From Octopus vulgaris (Eukaryota): a stretch of 64,000 nt of DNA. How positions within the stretch are numbered: position 1 is the stretch's first letter; each line of letters opens with the position of its first letter. Shown here in pieces: positions 56,257 through 64,000 of the stretch. The translations under genes and the position numbers were made by a program. The DNA lies in NCBI GenBank assembly GCA_951406725.2, contig OX597832.1, positions 15,934,001 through 15,998,000 of the forward strand. The letters run 5' to 3'. Under the pieces are notes generated by a model, which saw only the letters and a program-made list of their open reading frames with translations, searched no databases and was not told where the DNA came from.

Positions 56257-56294
<38 letters not shown>
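55996..56294. repeat. (TCTA)n/(TCTG)n/(TA)n microsatellite
   Basis: Direct reading. Confidence 0.97.
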
Positions 56295-56298
<4 letters not shown>

Positions 56299-56968
56299 TA
56301 TGCGAGGATACCCTTCTAATGATTATTATATCCCAATTATCACTTGATTAATCAGCAATACCGTTCAACAATACTTATTTCATATATATGGGATTATTTC
56401 AAGTATAAATATAATTAAAGACTAATAAAAAGTTGGTAAGGATATAAAATTAATTTATCAACATACTGCCACAAAAACCTACCTACGTTTCAATTCAGAT
56501 CAATACAATACATTATTGCAAATTCAAAGATTGAAATAAACTTTTAAAAATATTAAAAAATATTTAAAAAAATATTACAATAAAATAGCATTGAGAACAA
56601 TATTGGTTGGAATCTCATCTGAGATAGAGTTACGTGTTGGTGATTTGGATTTTATTCACAAACAAACAAAATTATGCATATGCTAATAATTTTTTTAAAA
56701 ATATCTTACGCTATCAAAATATGTTATAAAGGTAAACATGTGAGTAAAAACCAAATAATAATAAGTATATATAATAAATGCGATAAAAGTAAAACCGTTA
56801 AATATGTAAATTTATATTGGCTTAGATAATCAATGCATATTACTGCCCATGTATCTATTATTATAAAATCTTATGGAATCTGGTTTTTCTTACTTGTGTT
56901 TAGTTAATTTGAAGAGAATAACAGTTAAAAATATGTATTATTTATATATCTATCTATCTATCTATCTA

Positions 56969-57001
<33 letters not shown>

Positions 57002-57102
57002 TTGTCAACACGTCGGGCAGGTATATGGGTTTGATTATTTAGATATTTGTTACATGTATGTGTGTATGTATATATGTATGTGTATGAATGGGTGTAAAAA
57101 TA

Positions 57103-57517
57103 TTCTCTTTTACTCTTTTACTTGTTTCAGTCATTTGACTGCGGCCATGCTGGAGCACCGCCTTTTTTTTTTTAATGGAGCAACTCGACCCCGGGACTTA
57201 TACTTTTGTAAGCACAGTACTTATTCTATCGGTCTCTTTTGCCGAACCGTTAAGTTACGGGGTCACAAACACACCACCATCGGTTGTCAAGCGATGTTGG
57301 GGGACAAACACAGACACACAAACACACACACGCATATATATTTATAGATATATACGACGGGCTTCTTTCAGTTTCCGTCTACCAAATCCACTCACAAGGC
57401 TTTAGTCGGCCCGAGGCTATAGTAGAAGACACTTGCCCAAGGTGCCACGCAGTGGGACTGAACCTGGAACCATGTGGTTGGTAAATAAGCTACTTACCAC
57501 ACAGCCACTCCTGCGCC
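57103..57517 (-). mobile_element. Full-length SINE family A
   Basis: Reverse complement matches 36753-37164. Confidence 0.92.
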
Positions 57518-57961
57518 TATTATTAGGTATATCATATATTTTTTTGATTAAACACATACTATTTAGGTTTAATATTTTCATAATATTAATTAAAGTTAAT
57601 CAAGATTATCAAAATTGGGAGTTATATTATTACTCGTTGATTCCTGACGCAGAGAGAGAAACCAGTTTCCTATTACATTGGTGCCGAATATAGATTCGGT
57701 GTATTGCGTCATTAAATTTCTTTTTCTGAAAAGAAATGAACATTATTTATAAGGAAGTTTAGGTAATTATACAGCAATCAAAATTATTAATTTATTATTT
57801 TATTTATTCTAATTTTAATTATACAAAGATTAGTGATTATAAAATTCTACTGAATAGTAAATTACATATAGCATAATAAAATGTAATGTTATTTATAATT
57901 AATTTTAAATAAAGCAATATAATTACATAATGTGAAAGATATATTTACTTTAATATTGTAT

Positions 57962-58000
57962 TGGCGCAGAAGTTGTTGTGTAGTAAGTAGCTTGCTTACT
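57962..58000 (+). mobile_element. Isolated 5' head fragment of SINE family A
   Basis: ggcgcagaagttgttgtgtagtaagtagcttgcttac. Confidence 0.6.
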
Positions 58001-58776
58001 TCAGTACAGTATGTAAGCGTTAACAATTAGGAGATATGTGAGGTTAAGTTTTAAATATAAAGAATTAATAGGTTGGAATAAAGTTGTTAAATAAGGTGTA
58101 AGAATGATAGATGTGGTATATGACTATAACCATGAAGATATATATTTAGGCGCTATGCCTGGTGGATGAGATTTCACTTTGATTTATGGAGGAATTTAAA
58201 AGAAAGAATTAAACGTGTGACATAATCTATTCTTCCACACTTAACAGTTTGTTTTATTTTTGATGCCTGTTGAGAGAGAACAGCCATTATTTGAACTCAC
58301 ATAATCACTCGCAACACACACGCTCACACACAGAGATGCATGGTACGCATCCGTAGACATTCCATCTATTTCTCCTTCTCCTCCTCCTCCTCCCCCAACC
58401 CCAGAAAAACAAATATTCATGCACACTCATTGGAAAGAAAGTCCTGTCACGTTTTTATGATAATTACTGTTATGGTATATTTTCGATATGTACGTTAATA
58501 TAAGGATTTAGTTTTACCTGCTTGTTCTTTTTTCTTTGCAGATTACTACGTACAATAGTGATTACATTTATATCGATTGTGCCTATTTAAAATGTGTTTA
58601 ATCAAAATTTCATATTTGACACTGTATGCTGAATGAATTGCAAATATTCGATTTATAGAAAGTATGCTATAAGCACCCAGGAATGTTTGACCTGTTTCAT
58701 TCTAGAAACATTTCTTTCACAGATTTCTATCGAACTCGACGACCTTTCTTTTATGTGAATAATAATAGTTAGAATC

Positions 58777-58930
58777 TGGGAAGGCTCCAAATGTTACGAG
58801 CCATCCCTTGGAGGGGGAGAAAATTGTGTTTCTACCCACATATGGTGGGAGGATAGTGACAAGAGCTTCGGTGCATGGGCTGCCACCCGAAATAGAGCCC
58901 GAATGGATAGAAGACACTATCCGTCGTGGA
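58777..58930 (+). mobile_element. Second fragment of the ORF1-like element (inverted relative to 55107-55260)
   Basis: GKAPNVTSHPLEGEKIVFLPTYGGRIVTRASVHGLPPEIEPEWIEDTIRR, nearly identical to the 55019-55309 ORF. Confidence 0.85.
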
Positions 58931-59334
58931 AAATCGTCTCGGGAATCATCCAATTAGTTCAGCTGAATACAAATTTCGGTCAAAAATCAGTTGAAATCAG
59001 TTGTAATCTAGCAACAATCTTATCCTCCGTCATAGCACCCTCATTATCTAATCGTTCCGCTGTTTGACATTCTATTGTAAAACTGCTACTAAACCTATCC
59101 CGGATGGAATTATCCAAAGTGATGAGAAGTCTATTGTCTATAATCGTATATAATGTAAAAGCCAGGTGTGAGTATCATAAAAAAAATAATAAGGGAACCC
59201 ATTTATAAAACAGTTGAACACCGTGATCAAAGTATTATATCCCTGAAACATTACATCTCTCCAAAACAGCTCATAAGTAAGTGGTTGGGTTGTATTTCTC
59301 GGAATATAGGAGGTTTTTCTTTCCGATATATATA

Positions 59335-59409
<75 letters not shown>

Positions 59410-60628
59410 CAAGACAGATAGACAGACAGAGACAGAGAATGGAACAGAGGCAGATATATAGAAAGAGAGGTTTGGATTTTAGTGAAACAAGCTGCTAACG
59501 GATTGAATAAACATAGTATTTTATTGGTATAATACATTGACACTGACTCAAGGGAGGTAATAGAGAAAAAATTACGTTAAATGAGGAAGAGATCCAGAGC
59601 AATGCTGTGAAATTTTGGCATATGCCTTACTGGTTTTAGCATCGAGTAACAATATATTATGAAAATAGTCGATTAGGATATTTTTATTTCACCACAGAAT
59701 TCCAATGTTTTTTAGGGAATTCGTTTGGAGATCATGTATTTCCAGCATATATATATATTACAAGGAATCTTGAGAAAATATCTTTTTACCGTAGACTCGA
59801 TAAACTGAATATTTATGAATGGAAATAGGAAGACGGAAACTTATTATGTGTACATCGATGAAATAACTCCCGTTTTTGCTGGTGGACGTTCGTACAGATG
59901 TGTAACAGTACCTGACTCTTAGCTTCCTTATGAATGACAAAACCTGCAGCATACCCAAGGCCTACGCACTTCTGAACTTAATCACACTTTCTTTCCTACT
60001 TAGTCGAATGACCTTAAAAGTGACACGATGTCTATATTCTTACTTCTTGCATTCATCTATGTAATATGACTATAAATATTAGAAGTGACATTTGCTGCTT
60101 GAGAATAGAATTAGAAACGTTGAGTAAATTTCGCTGGAGTTTTATATGAAAGCTCTACAAAGAATCCAGCATCAGATGCCGCAGTAACGTTTATCTGCTT
60201 AAATCTGATACTATAACACGTGAGAAATATTTTGTAACACAAAAGATTTTATCAAATACTAATGTTAGAAAATCTTAACATTTTGCACGAAGTCGTACTA
60301 GAGGAGATAATCTCATGTCAAATATAATCCATGCGCTGTTAGGAATGTTCTTTTACAACCGTAATTCAACTTACACGACTGGTCGCATTTATAAATACAA
60401 TTACGAGATAACACTCGTTTCTGCAAGTCTGAGAAATACTGCTTGTTAATAAATTTGACCGTGCGTGCACAAAATCAAACACCTGAGTGTATGTAAGTTC
60501 ATATAATTGCCAGTTGCATATATGCACACAAACCGCGGGTGTCCTTTATGGAGACAGGTTTGTTTACGCGTCATATTGCGTGGTAATTTGGGCAAGAGAC
60601 TTATATTACATTCTGGGATGTATCGAAT

Positions 60629-60674
<46 letters not shown>

Positions 60675-61311
60675 CTCATACATTTCTCTGCTTTTCACAC
60701 GTTCCACTCCACTTTGACCCGTCTTTATCGCTCTCGCTCTCTCTCTCTCTTTCTCTCTCCTCCTCCTCCTTTGTTCCTTGTTCCCTTTTTTTCTCTCTTC
60801 CTCTGTCCCGCTCTTATCACACATGACTAACTTTGGACTGCTGTCCTGCCTTTTCGTGATCAACAGCCGCCAGACACACATTTTATTTCTCCCTTCGCCT
60901 TTAGGCAATTTTTCAATGCGCCAGCTCAAGTTCACCCGTTCTGTCGAAAAGACACCAGTCTGTGACGTCTTGTTTTTGTTATTATTATTATTATCATTAT
61001 TGTTTTTACGTATTTTCGTATTCTTATTCGTGTTATCATTATTATTTTTACGTAATTTTGTATTCATATTCGTTGCCGTCCTTGTTTTGTATACATTCGA
61101 GACTTTCTTGCAAGGAATCTAATGCGCTTGGCTTAGATTTACCTTTGGGGTTGACCAGGTCGGAGCAATCTCAAAATTAATCAGACAAAATTGCAAAGAT
61201 GATCCGGTTTTTGACTGAAGATCGAAGGCTTCGAATGTCCCATCCGTTATTTTGTATCGTCTTCTAAATGTTTCACGTTCTTGTCCCAGTTTGTATTTTT
61301 TTACATTTATC

Positions 61312-61407
<96 letters not shown>

Positions 61408-61469
61408 GCTTGTATATATATATGCATGCACACATGTGTCTGTGCGTGTTTATATGTGTATGTTCTTTA

Positions 61470-61650
61470 CTTTATCTTTCTCCTCACACCTCTTCAGAAC
61501 CGGTGTTAGTGTGCTTAGATCCGTAACATAGCGTTTCGTCAAAAGAATCTATAGAATACCAACGAAGCTTCGTAGGAATAGAACCATTGATAACGGTTAT
61601 TGCGATAAGGTCCCCCAAACCGGTATGCCATCATGACCGCACTCTAATGA
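61470..61650 (+). mobile_element. Old degenerate 3' half of SINE family A
   Basis: aaccggtgttagtgtgctta..ccgtaacatagcgtttcgtcaaaaga..tagaata...catgaccgcactctaatgac. Confidence 0.55.
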
Positions 61651-61704
61651 CCATAACGAGTAGCACAACCACCCCACAAAATACAAACGCATACATACAC
61701 ACAC

Positions 61705-61793
<89 letters not shown>

Positions 61794-62433
61794 TGTGCAT
61801 GCGTGTCTGTATGTGTATTGTAATATTGTTTCCTTTTGTGTAAGGACATTTTTTACCAAATATACACAATCACTATATATTCGTTCTTCCCTCGTTTATT
61901 CTTTTGCTTATTATAACTCGTGTTTATTGTCCGAAAGTCTTTCATCGCACGTATGTGACCTCTTCGGTAACACTTTCTGTCTTTTTGTATGATCCCGCTC
62001 TCCTTAATCCATTCTGTTCGTCATAAACGCTTCAAAATCGGTGTTCGCATGTTGACGCCCCGACACGTAGCGATTCAGCAATAACAATAAATGGATTGAA
62101 ACGGTACAGAACTTGAGAAGATATGAATAATGGGTCGACTATTTCGACTAACATTATTGAAGGCAGTGCCATAGTATAGTCGCTGTGCAATCCCAATTTA
62201 ATGAAATAATGAAATAAAGTTACAAGCTGTCAACTCGCTTTGGAACAATTTAAACCTCTACCTATTCGAATTTTGATGTTTGTAATATATCAGTATTTCA
62301 TTCTATGCCCCTTGATTATTTGGATTTGGTGGAAAGTTCCAGAAAGCGATTGTTGAACCATTTGTAGATCCATAGAAAATTTCAATAAATCAGAAGTTAT
62401 ACGTCGTATTTTATTTAAAGTCTTTAGTTCTCG

Positions 62434-62435
<2 letters not shown>

Positions 62436-62529
<94 letters not shown>

Positions 62530-62660
62530 ATATACACGTCTGTGTGTGCATGTATGTATGTACTAGTATGTGTGTGTGTGAGTGTGTTTGTGTGTGTATG
62601 TGTGTGTATAGATACATATATTATGTATGTGTGTATATATGTATGATTGTATATGTGTAT
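62436..62660. repeat. (TA)n/(TG)n microsatellite
   Basis: Direct reading. Confidence 0.95.
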
Positions 62661-63767
62661 GAATGCTTTTGACCACACACAATTAGTTTCGTCTCTATGT
62701 ATGGTTGTGAAAGTATTTGTGATATTACATACACAAAATTTAATACTGCTGGGAAAGAATTCAAATCAGAACTACAATTCCATAATGCCACGTGTATTAT
62801 CTACAATGCTCCAAGTGTGTCAGCTTAATTTCCTTAGAACCATCGTTGAAGATCAAACATTCTTTTGATCTGTATCTACTATGTTCTTACAAAGATATAA
62901 TTCCGACTTGGTCTGTTAAATACTGTTTACCATTACGCTTTCCGAAGCTCTGCAGGGATCATAGAGTAATATTGATCATATAGCAAATTTTTTTTTTTTT
63001 TTTGTATTTTAGAAGGTTAATATGTTAAAATCATAAAAAAAAGCATTACCTACGTTATTGGATTCTATCCCGCTTTTATTTGAACTATCAATGTAACATG
63101 TGAGATGACACTGCTGTTATATATTTATACATAGAGAAAGGTATTTGTTATTATCATTGAAACGAATAACATTTTCTGAAATAATATTCTCTCCGTGTTG
63201 AGTATGTGTGTTGATTTTAGAGCTAGACTAGAATTTTTTTTTTTATTATTGTGTTATATATTTTTTCTTAGCTTCTCTATGTTTCTGTGTCTGATAAATG
63301 TTTAGTTGAAATGTATTGACGTAAGTGATTGCGTTTTATCATCTGTATGGTTATGAAAAAAATACTGAATTACATTCCATATATTTAGTCATAGAATCTA
63401 CAAAGTGTGCTTGTAAGTCCACGAATCATCAAACAAACATCTGCTTTCATGTATACCCATTATATCGCTTAAGTAGAAAGCTTGCCAAACAGATATTTTT
63501 TTCGCTATCCTAATAAAATTGGTTCAAAGGAATAAAGATAGGCAATTGTAATATCTTTCGGGTTGTATAGCTGTAAAGAATGATATGTTACAAGAATATT
63601 AATATTAGAAATAATAGTGATGAAGGCGACGCCATTGATGGTGTTGATGGTTACAAACCTGATGGTGATGATTACGATAACAATAATAACGCACTTACCA
63701 TGCAATATAAGCGATATTATGAACAGCTAATATTAACGAAGGAAAACAATGAACACGGCAAAAAAGT

Positions 63768-63838
63768 TCTCCTCCCCTTCCTCTTCCTCTTTCTCGTCCT
63801 CCACCTCATCGACCTCCCCTTCCTCCTCCGCATCATAT

Positions 63839-63873
<35 letters not shown>

Positions 63874-63962
63874 TCATTACTACAACTACCACTGCTACTA
63901 CTACTAATACTACCAGTAGTACCAGAAGTGGTAGCAGAAGCAGCAGTAGCAGCAGCAGCAGC
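63768..63962. repeat. (CCT)n/(CTA)n/(GCA)n low-complexity tract
   Basis: Direct reading. Confidence 0.9.
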
Positions 63963-64000
63963 CGTTCAAGAATTTGGACCTGGAGATCTCCATATCCAAG

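Noticed and set aside
56478-56630. Split hammerhead-like halves on the minus strand (CAGATGA ... GAAACGTA) ~120 nt apart
   Set aside because: Core mutated and spacing too long to support by eye
61208-61245. CTGAAGA followed by a TCGAAG/CTTCGA hairpin
   Set aside because: No GAAA, helix III or helix I arrangement

Overview
AT-rich eukaryotic non-coding DNA (intronic or intergenic), very rich in microsatellites. The SINE families and the divergent 28S fragment suggest an octopus/cephalopod genome (inference). I found no intact host protein-coding gene; nearly all listed ORFs are microsatellite or SINE read-through. The window is a transposon graveyard: many copies of a tRNA-headed SINE with an internal (TA)/(TG) microsatellite, two other SINE-like families, decayed Chapaev-like, Tc1/mariner, R4/Dong-like and Penelope (GIY-YIG) fragments, MITE/foldback elements, a probable non-autonomous Helitron and an apparently ORF1-only LINE derivative. 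The most notable hidden signal is a set of type I hammerhead ribozyme motifs (CUGANGA...GAAA...NUH) in short, mostly (TA)n-flanked modules, two of them downstream of Penelope endonuclease remnants. One (52521-52571, minus strand) has a complete core and helices and sits next to a CpG-rich 28S rRNA 3' fragment containing the sarcin-ricin loop. All calls were made by eye; no searches or folding programs were run.
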